Positions 1-9,325 of a stretch of 64,000 nucleotides of DNA are shown here, one piece after another. The stretch is from a virus. The notes under the pieces are model-generated. The model saw nothing but the letters and a program-made list of their open reading frames with translations, was not told the origin of the DNA and did no database searches. The stretch's first letter is position 1. The number at the start of each line of letters is the position of its first letter. The DNA lies in IMG/VR virus record IMGVR_UViG_3300014152_000001, positions 32,001 to 96,000 of that record. The stretch is one strand, 5' to 3'. The position numbers and the translations under genes were made by a program.

Positions 1-180
1 TCGCTCTTCTTTGATATAAGGCATACCAACCCCATACTTCTCAGTCTATTTAAAGATTCTCGGAAAGTGGAGAGGAATTCTTCGCTCTTCTTTGCTGGGT
101 GTCATATTCCTCTTGGCTCGTATTCTCTCCACTACCGCCCACCCTTGGTAAGCAGGTTATTTAAATGTTCAGTTCAGAAC

Positions 181-190
181 CTTTATATAG
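181..190 (+). promoter_or_regulatory. Archaeal TATA box (representative of dozens: CTTTATATAG / TTTAAATAG / CCTTAAATAC)
   Basis: CTTTATATAG ends about 22 nt before ATG 213; similar spacing recurs before 889, 3005, 5674, 6429, 6980, 17517, 36055, 36878 and many minus-strand genes, consistent with leaderless mRNAs. Confidence 0.8.
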
Positions 191-212
191 CCCCAGAGTC
201 TAAAGATTAGTA

Positions 213-404
213 ATGACTAAAGACTGGAAAAAACTAATCAGCACGGCCCATGCTTGCACCAGAATTGCCCACATCAATGCCGACCTCATCCGAGAGATTA
301 TCCCAAATGCCAACGCTAAAACCATAATCAGAGGAAGGTGGACTGTCGAACAGAGAGGAGATATGAAGGTTCTTATCCTAGAGATAAAGGAGACAACCGA
401 GTGA
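213..404 (+). CDS. Small hypothetical protein (possibly AbrB-like)
   Basis: ORF directly downstream of a TATA box. Confidence 0.55.
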   Translation: MTKDWKKLISTAHACTRIAHINADLIREIIPNANAKTIIRGRWTVEQRGDMKVLILEIKETTE

Positions 405-408
405 AAGC

Positions 409-717
409 ATGGCTCAAGAGCAAACTCCGCCTAAAAAGGGACGTAGAGAACAGCATCGGACATTGTTCGTGCAGATAGACGACTTGAACCTCAATACACC
501 AAAAGGTCAGGATGAGATGCTGGAACGGATGCAGACCCTTCTAGCGACCCATGACCACAACGGACTCGACCTTAATGCCTTCAAGATTCTACAAGCCACG
601 GTGAAGACCAAGACCGACCTGAACGTGCTGAGACTCTTCACTGAGATGAGGAAGGAGATGGATGAATGGAGAGCCAGACAAAAAGACCAAGAACACTTAA
701 ATACAAAGCCGCAGTAG
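409..717 (+). CDS. Hypothetical alpha-helical protein
   Basis: 102 aa ORF 4 nt after the previous stop. Confidence 0.6.
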   Translation: MAQEQTPPKKGRREQHRTLFVQIDDLNLNTPKGQDEMLERMQTLLATHDHNGLDLNAFKILQATVKTKTDLNVLRLFTEMRKEMDEWRARQKDQEHLNTKPQ

Positions 718-727
718 GGTAGTGGCT

Positions 728-838
728 ATGAATGGCGAAAGAGAGGAAAGAAGATACTACTTCTGGAGAACGGTGACAGGGACGATTTCAGCGGTAGGCA
801 CGGTGCTCGTTCTCTTGAAGGTCTTTGGAATCATATAG
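728..838 (+). CDS. 36 aa single-TM micro-protein
   Basis: MNGEREERRYYFWRTVTGTISAVGTVLVLLKVFGII; not in the ORF track. Confidence 0.45.
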   Translation: MNGEREERRYYFWRTVTGTISAVGTVLVLLKVFGII

Positions 839-888
839 GCTTCATTGCTCATGCTTTAAATAGTGGTATTGCTCATACTATCCTTAGA

Positions 889-1362
889 TTGAGCCAGAAT
901 ACACCGATTCCCTACTGTGACACTCAAGACCTAGTAAAGCAGTTGAATCTACAACAGTCGGCCACCGACCCCAATAAGTATGTCATCTATGCGATTCCGA
1001 CTTCAGTGGATGTAATCAATACCTTCGTGAAGCAGGCTAACGAGCAGACTACCATCCTCTTTGGAGACCTCACCAAGACCAATTCATATGGACTTGCCAA
1101 ACAATACGCGACTTGGAGAGCCGTTCTCAACATGATTGAAACGATGACTATCAGTTGGGTAATCTCTGGTATGCCTGTGACAGTAGGCGACATCAGCATC
1201 CAACGTCTCTCAGCCATGCAAGCGGCAACTGTCGAACTTAAGGAAAACACACTCAGAGAACTAGCGAGACTCTACATCATGCTATCCGATTTCAGTTACC
1301 CCAACAACTACCAGAGTCCAAGCCCGTTTGTGGATACGGGAGGTCAGATGTTCTTCAGTTAG
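889..1362 (+). CDS. Putative head-tail adaptor protein
   Basis: PYCDTQDL N-terminus, helical body and VTVGDISI motif typical of gp6/gp15-like adaptors; precedes a closure-like gene. Confidence 0.5.
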   Translation: MSQNTPIPYCDTQDLVKQLNLQQSATDPNKYVIYAIPTSVDVINTFVKQANEQTTILFGDLTKTNSYGLAKQYATWRAVLNMIETMTISWVISGMPVTVGDISIQRLSAMQAATVELKENTLRELARLYIMLSDFSYPNNYQSPSPFVDTGGQMFFS

Positions 1363-2957
1363 TGATAAAAATGGCTACAACAATAGATAATGGTTTCTTC
1401 GCTACAGTCAGTAATCAACAAAACGTCTTTTTTGTCAATGGACTTTATTGGGTTTTCTACTATGAGACAGGAAAACCACCCAATGAAGTAGGATACAAAA
1501 CAAGTTCAGATGGTGCATCATGGTCAGCCTATACAATGGCTATTGCCAATGTCGGTGGTGGCCAAGAAGAGGTAGATTTTGTCGTTGTTGGCACTACAAT
1601 TTATTACGCAACTTGCTTAGGCAATTACAGATATGGAAATCTTGATGTGGCTGGAACTATAACTTGGGCTATCCCAGAAACAAGTATAGGATTTCCTGCC
1701 TATGACTACCCAAGTATTGCGGTAGATAGTGGCGGCTTCATTTACATTGCCACACTTGGGACGAATGTGGTCAATGTTTACACAAACAGAACTGGAAGTT
1801 GGACACTAGATTTGACTGTTCCATTTGTTTCAGTGCCGGGAGCAAGATATAAGATTGTAGCCCTCACAGGTGGAAAGATGCTCCTTGTATATGGTGATTT
1901 CAACCCAAGCACTTGGTATACTCAAAGATTTGATGGAGCAAATTGGAGTGCTGGCTCAAACACTGTTTCTAATGAATACGATATGATATACAGTGAATTT
2001 ACGTCAAGCGGTGATGTAGCCTATGGTTCGGCTGTAAGAGAGAGTGGTGGCTCAATTGTAGGTATAGATTTTGTCAAGTATGATTACAATACCGATACTT
2101 GGAGTGCGACTGTGATTGATACCGGACAAACTTATCCATCTACAATTCTTATCAATTCTTCTAACACATTGCTAATAACCTATGCCACTACCTCTGGGCC
2201 TATCTCTTATACATTTTCTAACAATTATGGTGCATCATGGACACCCATTGCAACCATTGCTGTGTCACCAAGTCCATTTGACCTAACGGCTATCCTTACC
2301 AATGCTAATGAATTTTCTGTGGTCTTTGATGACCAAATTTCAATTTACATAACTCCCGACCCACCCATTCTCATAACAACAGCAATAATCATAACAGACT
2401 ATGCCTATGCCGAAGACAGCATCTCAATTAATAGAGGCACATTACCAGTCTGCGGAATGACCTCTGGAGCCTACCCTCTCTCGCCTATGGAGAAAGATTA
2501 CATAAATCTCGGCTACCAGCAGATAATAGACATAAGCGGGCTTCCTATCACCTATAAGACTATGAACATAATTGGTGAAGACGCATACGAGCATCCTATC
2601 ATCACATACACCAATAAAACCATCACAGCCTTCATCACCATCCTCAGAAACGATGAGTATGAGTATGTTGAACCGGGCTTCCTACCCAACCACTACGCCA
2701 GTATGTGGGTCTATTGCGTGACTCCACAAGTAGGAGACCATGTAGTATGGCAAGGCATTGAATGGGAAGTAAGGAACTCCATACCAAAGGTCATCGGTAA
2801 CGATACCGTTTACTATCAAACCGTCCTCAGAAGGGTGCTTGCTCGTGTGCCCCTCACAGGTGAAGTGGGAGATGGAACCGACTTAGGCGATACAACAGGG
2901 TCAGGCGGAACACTTCAGTCTGGCGGTGTCCAATACCCGCCAGAAGGAGACCCATAG
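1362..2957 (+). CDS. Fusion: BNR/Asp-box beta-propeller plus head-closure-like domain
   Basis: Asp-box motifs TSSDGASWS and SNNYGASWT; C-terminal PQVGDHVVWQGIEWEV...YYQTVLRR resembles SPP1 gp16-type closure proteins. Confidence 0.55.
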   Translation: MIKMATTIDNGFFATVSNQQNVFFVNGLYWVFYYETGKPPNEVGYKTSSDGASWSAYTMAIANVGGGQEEVDFVVVGTTIYYATCLGNYRYGNLDVAGTITWAIPETSIGFPAYDYPSIAVDSGGFIYIATLGTNVVNVYTNRTGSWTLDLTVPFVSVPGARYKIVALTGGKMLLVYGDFNPSTWYTQRFDGANWSAGSNTVSNEYDMIYSEFTSSGDVAYGSAVRESGGSIVGIDFVKYDYNTDTWSATVIDTGQTYPSTILINSSNTLLITYATTSGPISYTFSNNYGASWTPIATIAVSPSPFDLTAILTNANEFSVVFDDQISIYITPDPPILITTAIIITDYAYAEDSISINRGTLPVCGMTSGAYPLSPMEKDYINLGYQQIIDISGLPITYKTMNIIGEDAYEHPIITYTNKTITAFITILRNDEYEYVEPGFLPNHYASMWVYCVTPQVGDHVVWQGIEWEVRNSIPKVIGNDTVYYQTVLRRVLARVPLTGEVGDGTDLGDTTGSGGTLQSGGVQYPPEGDP

Positions 2958-3004
2958 AGGTCAATACCAATACATTTATATAGGAATAGACCTTATTAGA
3001 GAGT

Positions 3005-3415
3005 ATGCCATATAAGAATCCAGAAGATAAGAAGGCTTGGTTTCAACGAAACAAAACCAGAATGGAAGAGAAGTCTCGTATTTGGAAAAGGACTCACAAA
3101 TCGTCAATCAACAAAAGCAATAATAAGAGTCGAAAGAAGTTACGTCTTAAAGTATTGATTCATTATTCTGGAACAGACCCGCCCCAATGCGTTAATCCTT
3201 TCAATTTGCATCTTCCTAACGACCCATTTCTCACAGACCTCAGAGTTCTCTCTATTGACCATATTAATGGTGGTGGACGAAAGGACAGAAGAGAAGGCAA
3301 AAGCGGTTCCTTGTTCTACTATTGGCTTCAGAGAAACAACTTCCCAAAGGGCTTTCAAGTGCTCTGTATGAATTGCCAGTATGTGAAGAGAGAACTTAAT
3401 AAGGAGCACAACTAA
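3005..3415 (+). CDS. HNH (His-Me finger) endonuclease
   Basis: SIDHINGGG...FQVLCMNCQ; basic N-terminus; own TATA. Confidence 0.8.
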   Translation: MPYKNPEDKKAWFQRNKTRMEEKSRIWKRTHKSSINKSNNKSRKKLRLKVLIHYSGTDPPQCVNPFNLHLPNDPFLTDLRVLSIDHINGGGRKDRREGKSGSLFYYWLQRNNFPKGFQVLCMNCQYVKRELNKEHN

Positions 3416-3427
3416 AGACAATATGAT

Positions 3428-3889
3428 ATGGTGCTGATTTCCCAACCGCCTTCAGGGATAGACCCCATCCTCTTCCTAGAGAACTTGCTAGAAGGTTTCG
3501 TCAAAGATGAGAAAGGAAACGATGTTCCCTTAGGAACCGTCTTTCCAAAGTCCATAAACAAACTACCGAGAGTGATAATCAACCAAAAGACAGAAGAGAT
3601 GAAATTCATCAGCATCCCTGCTATCAGACGCAGATGGACTACGCCCTTCACCCTAGAATGTTGGGCCTTGAGCGTGGCCCAAAGATACGCCATAAAGCAA
3701 AGCCTGATGGCTAGACTGGATACTCTTACTGGCAACCCCGGAGTGCAACTTGCAGACAACTACATCTATATGTGGTTCAAGATTCACGAGCCGAAAGACC
3801 AACCAAGCAGATTTGGGCAACCCATATTCACGATAGGTTTCGAGATTACACTGGTTTACGATACCTTAACAGGAAGTGTGCCTCCATGA
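3428..3889 (+). CDS. Putative tail-terminator / neck protein
   Basis: 153 aa, LPRVII motif, beta/alpha pattern, position after adaptor and closure genes. Confidence 0.45.
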   Translation: MVLISQPPSGIDPILFLENLLEGFVKDEKGNDVPLGTVFPKSINKLPRVIINQKTEEMKFISIPAIRRRWTTPFTLECWALSVAQRYAIKQSLMARLDTLTGNPGVQLADNYIYMWFKIHEPKDQPSRFGQPIFTIGFEITLVYDTLTGSVPP

Positions 3890-3942
3890 TAACAATTAGA
3901 ATCATGGTAAACCTTATATAGTCAAGTAACCATTACTTCCAT

Positions 3943-4332
3943 GTGTCAGCACAAAAGAGATACTACCAAAATCACAAAACCGCAATGCTACAGAAGAGTA
4001 AAGACTACTATTGGAGCCACAAACCAAAAATACAAAGGGAACAAAAAGAGTATCGGGAGCAAGTTCGTATACAAGTTTTTACTCATTATGGCGGCAATCC
4101 ACCCAAATGCGCTTGTTGTGGGGAGAGCAGAATCGAGTTTCTCACTATAGACCACATCAACAACGATGGTGCAAATCAACGGAGACGTATATGGGGCCAG
4201 AAAGTATCTGGTTTTGGATTCTATGCGTGGTTAGTTAGAATGAACTTTCCTGAAGGCTATCAAGTTTTATGTTTCAACTGCAACTGTGGCAGAGCACATA
4301 CTTTAAATAAGGTATGCCCTCATAAACAGTAG
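3943..4332 (+). CDS. HNH endonuclease
   Basis: CACCGE...TIDHINNDG...YQVLCFNCN. Confidence 0.8.
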   Translation: MSAQKRYYQNHKTAMLQKSKDYYWSHKPKIQREQKEYREQVRIQVFTHYGGNPPKCACCGESRIEFLTIDHINNDGANQRRRIWGQKVSGFGFYAWLVRMNFPEGYQVLCFNCNCGRAHTLNKVCPHKQ

Positions 4333-4333
4333 A

Positions 4334-4399
4334 ATGGTCACGCGAGAACAGGTTCCTATCGTCAATACAGGAGCATTATTCTATCCCGGAGTAGGTTGA
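4334..4399 (+). pseudogene. Orphan recoded copy of the major capsid protein N-terminus (21 aa mini-ORF)
   Basis: MVTREQVPIVNTGALFYPGVG* versus MCP MAMTREQFPIVNTGALFYPAL. Confidence 0.85.
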
Positions 4400-4866
4400 G
4401 ATTTACGCTTTCGTAAGGCTTCTTTCTTGAATTGACAATTCATACATAACACTTGGTATCCTTCTGGGTATCCTCTAACAAAGAGCCACCAATAGATGTT
4501 AATACCACCCCAATTCTTGGTCTTAGCCACTAATCTTCGCTCCTTTGCTCCATCATCATTGATATGGTCTATCGTAAGACAATCTACATCTGTAAACGGT
4601 TCTTTGTGCATTCCAAAAGGATTGGCACATTGAGACGGGTTAGTGCCAGAGTAATGAATCAACGTCTTAACTTTCATCTGATATTTGGCCTTCTTCCGAT
4701 TTGCGTTATACTTCTTTCTATGTTTTCTATAATATCCTCGTTCTCTATTATTTTTTGCAGACTGTTTTTTGTCGCACTCTTTACAGACCCGACTGTTGAT
4801 TCGCTTATGACATGGATACCAATTTTCATCGGCTAACAATATTCCACAGACACGGCAATTGGTCAT
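4381..4866 (-). CDS. HNH endonuclease with N-terminal zinc finger
   Basis: CRVCG..CKEC N-terminus; CANPF; TIDHINDDG...YQVLCMNCQ. Confidence 0.8.
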   Translation of the reverse strand: MTNCRVCGILLADENWYPCHKRINSRVCKECDKKQSAKNNRERGYYRKHRKKYNANRKKAKYQMKVKTLIHYSGTNPSQCANPFGMHKEPFTDVDCLTIDHINDDGAKERRLVAKTKNWGGINIYWWLFVRGYPEGYQVLCMNCQFKKEALRKRKSQPTPG

Positions 4867-4901
4867 ATATCAAACATATAGCCTCTGCCCTATTTAAGTG
4901 T

Positions 4902-5243
4902 TTATTGGAGAAGTTGGAGGTCGGAAACATCCAAAACGGCTGTCGCAAATTTCTTGAAATAGGGAGACATAACAATATCGCCCATCAAACCAAAGCGTTC
5001 TCCAAGTTCTCCTATTAAGACTAAGACATCTTCTTCGCTCACTATCTCATCTCCGCAATAGATAGCCAATGGTTCTTGGGTCTCTTTGCAAAATACAAAC
5101 TGATAATCATTTACCCTAGCGATGTGCTTAGTGTGTTTGCAGTCTTCGTGCCCCCCTTCAAATAGTAAAACATAATGGCCATCACTGGCTCTCGCTCCGG
5201 TGAGTTGCATGGGTATATACTGTATCCTACCCTTAATAAACAT
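4902..5243 (-). CDS. Hypothetical protein
   Basis: ORF; divergent from 5274. Confidence 0.45.
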   Translation of the reverse strand: MFIKGRIQYIPMQLTGARASDGHYVLLFEGGHEDCKHTKHIARVNDYQFVFCKETQEPLAIYCGDEIVSEEDVLVLIGELGERFGLMGDIVMSPYFKKFATAVLDVSDLQLLQ

Positions 5244-5273
5244 TTAAGTAGGTCGCGGAGAGAGGCTGTGGCT

Positions 5274-5636
5274 ATGGTATACAATGAAGAAATCAATCAC
5301 GAATGGGGCACTGAGGTCTATCCGTTAGTCCTCAAGCCAACGATGAAAGACCTTACGACAAGCAAAGGTAAGGTTTGGATAAACACTGAGAAAGAACGAG
5401 TAGAGGAATGGCAAGGAAAGCCGTGGGTCGTTGAAAAGAGCGACATCGCAGACCGTCTTGCCCAGAAGACAGGCATCAAGTCAAAGGGCACTCACTTCAA
5501 GATGAACATAGGCCAGAAGAAGGTGGGCCTGAGTGAGTTACTGGTCATCCGAGCCAGAGAAGACAGCCTAAACGACTTCACCAAGAAAGTCGAACTGATG
5601 GCCATCTCTCTCAAGAGTGGCAGAAGCCGAAAGTAA
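5274..5636 (+). CDS. Hypothetical protein
   Basis: Start re-placed at ATG 5274, downstream of a TTTAAGTA box. Confidence 0.55.
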   Translation: MVYNEEINHEWGTEVYPLVLKPTMKDLTTSKGKVWINTEKERVEEWQGKPWVVEKSDIADRLAQKTGIKSKGTHFKMNIGQKKVGLSELLVIRAREDSLNDFTKKVELMAISLKSGRSRK

Positions 5637-5673
5637 GGAAGCCTTTAAATAGTCCAATCCCCCTATTTATCTC

Positions 5674-6396
5674 ATGCCAATGGGAGACTATACAGATTTC
5701 GCTGATTGTGTGTCTAAGAACAAATCGAAAGACGACCCGAAAGCCTACTGCGGTTATATCAAGAACCAGATAGAAGGGGGCAAAAAGAAAGAAGAGTGTC
5801 TGGAAGCCACAGAACACGAAGCCTACCATCTTGAAGAAGAGGTTAAGAAGTTGGAATCATTAGCAACCTGTCCAAATTGCGGTTCTTCAGTCGCTCCTTC
5901 ACCCGAAGCCCCCGGCCCCGGTGGATTCTACACTTGCGATAAGTGCGGCAAACTCTACAAGAAAACAGAAGAGACAGACCGCCAGACAAGACTACCAAAG
6001 GGTGTTCGCCATACCGTAGAAAGGATGGGTGGAGAAGACTGGACTCCAGAGAGCGAGATAGAGAAGGCCAAAGCAGAGTTCTTGAATACACTAAAGGCGA
6101 CCATTGATGAAATGACACTGATGGCAAAGGACGTTGGTTACAGCAACGTATCCGAGAAGACTTCACCAACTCCGTCAACCTATATGTATGAGGTCAAACA
6201 ACCGATGGCTGATGTCTTCGTAAAGCAGGCCAAGGGCTTCGGTGTAGAAGTCAATTGGTTCAACACAACTATGGACGAACTCCAAGACATCGTGAAGAGT
6301 GCCAACAAGTTCTTTACCGATGCTGGCTGGAACTCCAAAGAGACAGTCAAAGAGTATGAGAAGCACGCCAAGAAGTGGGGCAAGGACTTCACCTAA
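5674..6396 (+). CDS. Glu-rich modular protein with Zn ribbon
   Basis: DFADCV...KAYC N-terminal module; CPNC...CDKC. Confidence 0.65.
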   Translation: MPMGDYTDFADCVSKNKSKDDPKAYCGYIKNQIEGGKKKEECLEATEHEAYHLEEEVKKLESLATCPNCGSSVAPSPEAPGPGGFYTCDKCGKLYKKTEETDRQTRLPKGVRHTVERMGGEDWTPESEIEKAKAEFLNTLKATIDEMTLMAKDVGYSNVSEKTSPTPSTYMYEVKQPMADVFVKQAKGFGVEVNWFNTTMDELQDIVKSANKFFTDAGWNSKETVKEYEKHAKKWGKDFT

Positions 6397-6428
6397 ACTG
6401 TTAAATAGGACTCCTACGCAATAGACGT

Positions 6429-6857
6429 ATGGAATACAAAACTTCTGAAGAGAAGAGAGCCTACCAAGCAGACTACGCCAAAACACATAAGGAAGAGAAA
6501 CAGGCTTACGATAGGAAGTATTGGAAAATCCGTTATGCTAAAAATAGCAAGCAATACTTGGAAAACAGAGCGAAAGCGACAAGAGAACGGAAACTACTTG
6601 TCCTAAGTCATTACAGTAGTAATCCGCCCAAGTGTGCTTGTCCACCTTGCGGAGAGACCATTATCGAATTTCTCTCAATAGACCATATTATCCCTATTGG
6701 TAATAAAGCGAGAGACAATCAACTAGGCACGCGACACGGAAGCAATCTCTACGGCTGGCTCATTAGACACAACTTTCCAGAGGGCTTCCAAGTGCTCTGT
6801 ATGAATTGCAACTTCGCCAAAGGACACTACGATAAATGTCCTCACGAGAGACTGTAG
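6429..6857 (+). CDS. HNH endonuclease
   Basis: SIDHII...FQVLCMNCN..CPH. Confidence 0.8.
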   Translation: MEYKTSEEKRAYQADYAKTHKEEKQAYDRKYWKIRYAKNSKQYLENRAKATRERKLLVLSHYSSNPPKCACPPCGETIIEFLSIDHIIPIGNKARDNQLGTRHGSNLYGWLIRHNFPEGFQVLCMNCNFAKGHYDKCPHERL

Positions 6858-6979
6858 GTTTAAATAGTCCTAACCCCTATCTCTACTCATGGTAAAGGAC
6901 AGTCTCGGCCACGAAGTCGAGTTTCGTGACTATTGGGATTAGAAAAGCCCTTATATAGTCGGCTGTCCAATTAAGTCTC

Positions 6980-9325
6980 ATGAGCAGTGATGGTGCTAGA
7001 CGACCTGAAGAGGCTTTCGGCAAGACGACTCCATATGCCACCTGTCCAATCTGCCACGCCTTCATGCTAACTGAAGAGTATGACAAACACATGGCTCAAA
7101 ATCACTCACAAGAACAACGAAACAAATATACCCCAAAAGATGAAGAGAGTGGACCACAGGGCCACTTCTATGGTGATGTCTGGTCGAAGTATGAGGCCAC
7201 ACAAAGTCCGGCTTATCAACTCACCCAAGACGAGTTGGACAAGATTACTAATGAAGCGTGGGAAGGAGAAGGTTGTGAAGATTGTCGAAGCATAATTCAA
7301 AGCACCGAGATGGATAAGAAGGGCAACTATGCCATCTATCCTACATCAAGTCAAGTCGGACACATGAGCGACCTCTTCGGATACCAAACCGAGCCATCCA
7401 TGCCTACCACTGGTTATCTAGACCCAGAAGACCCCAAATGGCAACAGTCGGTTGAGCACATCCAAGAGCGACAGAAGACCCCGAAAGGGGTAGGAACCTT
7501 TGGGCCACAGTCTGGAATGACGAGAGACGAACCCACTCGTGATGAATGGCAAGTGACCAGTTATCTAGACAGCGTTGGTGTGACCTATATCCATAAGATG
7601 AAGTTAGGAGAACTAGACTCTACAACAGAGAAGCCAAAGGTTGAGTATGACCTCTATCTTCCAGACCTAGTTATGGCCATCGAAACCTCACCGGGTTGGC
7701 ATGAGGGTGGGCCACAAGCAGGAAGATTTCCACAAGTAATTGAGAATGACCACTTCAAAAAGAACTTTGCTGAAGAGCATGGAATAGACTTGGTGAGTTT
7801 CGACCCTGCTCAGGGAACGGAAAAGTTTATCAACGAAACCCTAGTGCCCAAGTTGAGGGCTGTGGGTGTGAATGCCTTTGAAGTGCCTACAACAAAGAAC
7901 GAAGAAAAGGAGAGGCTGGTATGGTGTATGGATTGTGGTGGTCTCTTTGATGACAAACCATCTCTGAACACACACTTCCAACAGACTGGACATAGTTCCG
8001 TAGGCGAAGGGACGGTAGAGAAGTATGAAGAGTTTGAGAAGGGCAATCCCTTCAATCAGCAATACATCTACCGAGAAGAAGACACGCTCCCAACATCTTG
8101 GCTTGCTCCGGTCTTCAAGTATGAGGGCTATGGGAAGGGCGAAGAGGAAGGTGGTGGAAGATTCCCAGACCCCGCTAACCATATAATGGGACCGGGAGTT
8201 GAGGTCAAGAAATGTCCTCATGGTAATGGTGTCTTCGCTACTCGTGACTTCAAAGAAGGAGAACTAATTTCAAGTTTCAAATCCCCATTTGTAAAGGAAC
8301 TTCCCGACCCTGCTCGTGGATGGGCCACTCTAAGAGTGGGAGACCTGTGGTGGGAAGAGCCAGCATCAGGAGAAGAGGACGAATGGGCCAACTTCTTAGA
8401 CCATGAGAAGTCGCCTAACTCTGTCTTTGTCAACTTCAACTTTGATGAAGGGACGGGAGACCTTATGACGACCCGACCTATCAAAACAGGAGAGGAAGTC
8501 TACATCGATTACGGTGCATACTCACCAGAGAACATAGGCGATGTCAGCGAAGACTTCGCCCCAGAAGACCTACCCCCAGAAGTTGTTCCTGCGGTCCCAG
8601 AGACGACAACTCTACCACCCACAGAGCCAGAAAAGGACTTAGGACAGGAAACAGCAGGATACGATTGGGATTACAACGTGAAGTATCGAGAAAAGCCTAT
8701 TCTTGAAGAGCAGTCTGGAATCAACCAGAATATTCCGACTGGAATATATTCCAGAGTGGAACCTCTTGCCTTTGACCAGTCCCAAAACGTGCCCAGATAC
8801 CCAGAGCGTGGGAAGGTCAATACCATAGAACAAGAGAGTGGTGGTGAAGAGTTGGCGGCTGATAGTCACCTGTTCCAAGAACAAGAGGAAGGTGGAGTCT
8901 ACCTAGCCTGTCCGAAATGCACTGGCGGTGGCGGCTTCTACAATAGGAGAGGCGATAAATGGATTACCTGCCCAATGTGTGGTGGAACGGGTAGCGGAGA
9001 GAAGCAGTTCGATTGGCCTGAAGACGAGAGAGACACCAAAAACGAGGGACGATGGGACGCACCAACACCAGACAAACAGAATGAAGCCGAGAAGATGGCC
9101 TACTATCAGTTGGCTGACGAAACAGGAGACTACATAATGAAAGCAAGAGAAGACGGCTCTCTCACAACACCAGAAGCCGATGCTCTAATGGCTCTACAAA
9201 CTCAAGCCAAAGAAGCAGTATTAGTAGACAATCTGGAGAAGGCACAAGAAATACTGGCTAAAATGGCAGAACTTGTTACGACTAAACTGGGAGTTCAAGA
9301 CCTAGACGTTGAAGGACAGCAGTGA
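6980..9325 (+). CDS. Multidomain protein: Zn fingers, Vsr/DUF559-like nuclease, SET methyltransferase domain, DnaJ-type Zn finger
   Basis: YDLYLPDLVMAIE..WH (PD-D/ExK); GNGVFATRDFKEGE, NFLDHEKSPN, PIKTGEEVYIDY (SET); CPKCTGGG / CPMCGGTG. Confidence 0.75.
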   Translation: MSSDGARRPEEAFGKTTPYATCPICHAFMLTEEYDKHMAQNHSQEQRNKYTPKDEESGPQGHFYGDVWSKYEATQSPAYQLTQDELDKITNEAWEGEGCEDCRSIIQSTEMDKKGNYAIYPTSSQVGHMSDLFGYQTEPSMPTTGYLDPEDPKWQQSVEHIQERQKTPKGVGTFGPQSGMTRDEPTRDEWQVTSYLDSVGVTYIHKMKLGELDSTTEKPKVEYDLYLPDLVMAIETSPGWHEGGPQAGRFPQVIENDHFKKNFAEEHGIDLVSFDPAQGTEKFINETLVPKLRAVGVNAFEVPTTKNEEKERLVWCMDCGGLFDDKPSLNTHFQQTGHSSVGEGTVEKYEEFEKGNPFNQQYIYREEDTLPTSWLAPVFKYEGYGKGEEEGGGRFPDPANHIMGPGVEVKKCPHGNGVFATRDFKEGELISSFKSPFVKELPDPARGWATLRVGDLWWEEPASGEEDEWANFLDHEKSPNSVFVNFNFDEGTGDLMTTRPIKTGEEVYIDYGAYSPENIGDVSEDFAPEDLPPEVVPAVPETTTLPPTEPEKDLGQETAGYDWDYNVKYREKPILEEQSGINQNIPTGIYSRVEPLAFDQSQNVPRYPERGKVNTIEQESGGEELAADSHLFQEQEEGGVYLACPKCTGGGGFYNRRGDKWITCPMCGGTGSGEKQFDWPEDERDTKNEGRWDAPTPDKQNEAEKMAYYQLADETGDYIMKAREDGSLTTPEADALMALQTQAKEAVLVDNLEKAQEILAKMAELVTTKLGVQDLDVEGQQ

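Noticed and set aside
2925-3470. QYPPEGDP versus SQPPSGIDP as another duplicated end around HNH 3005
   Set aside because: Needs gaps, is low complexity, and compares a C-terminus with an N-terminus.
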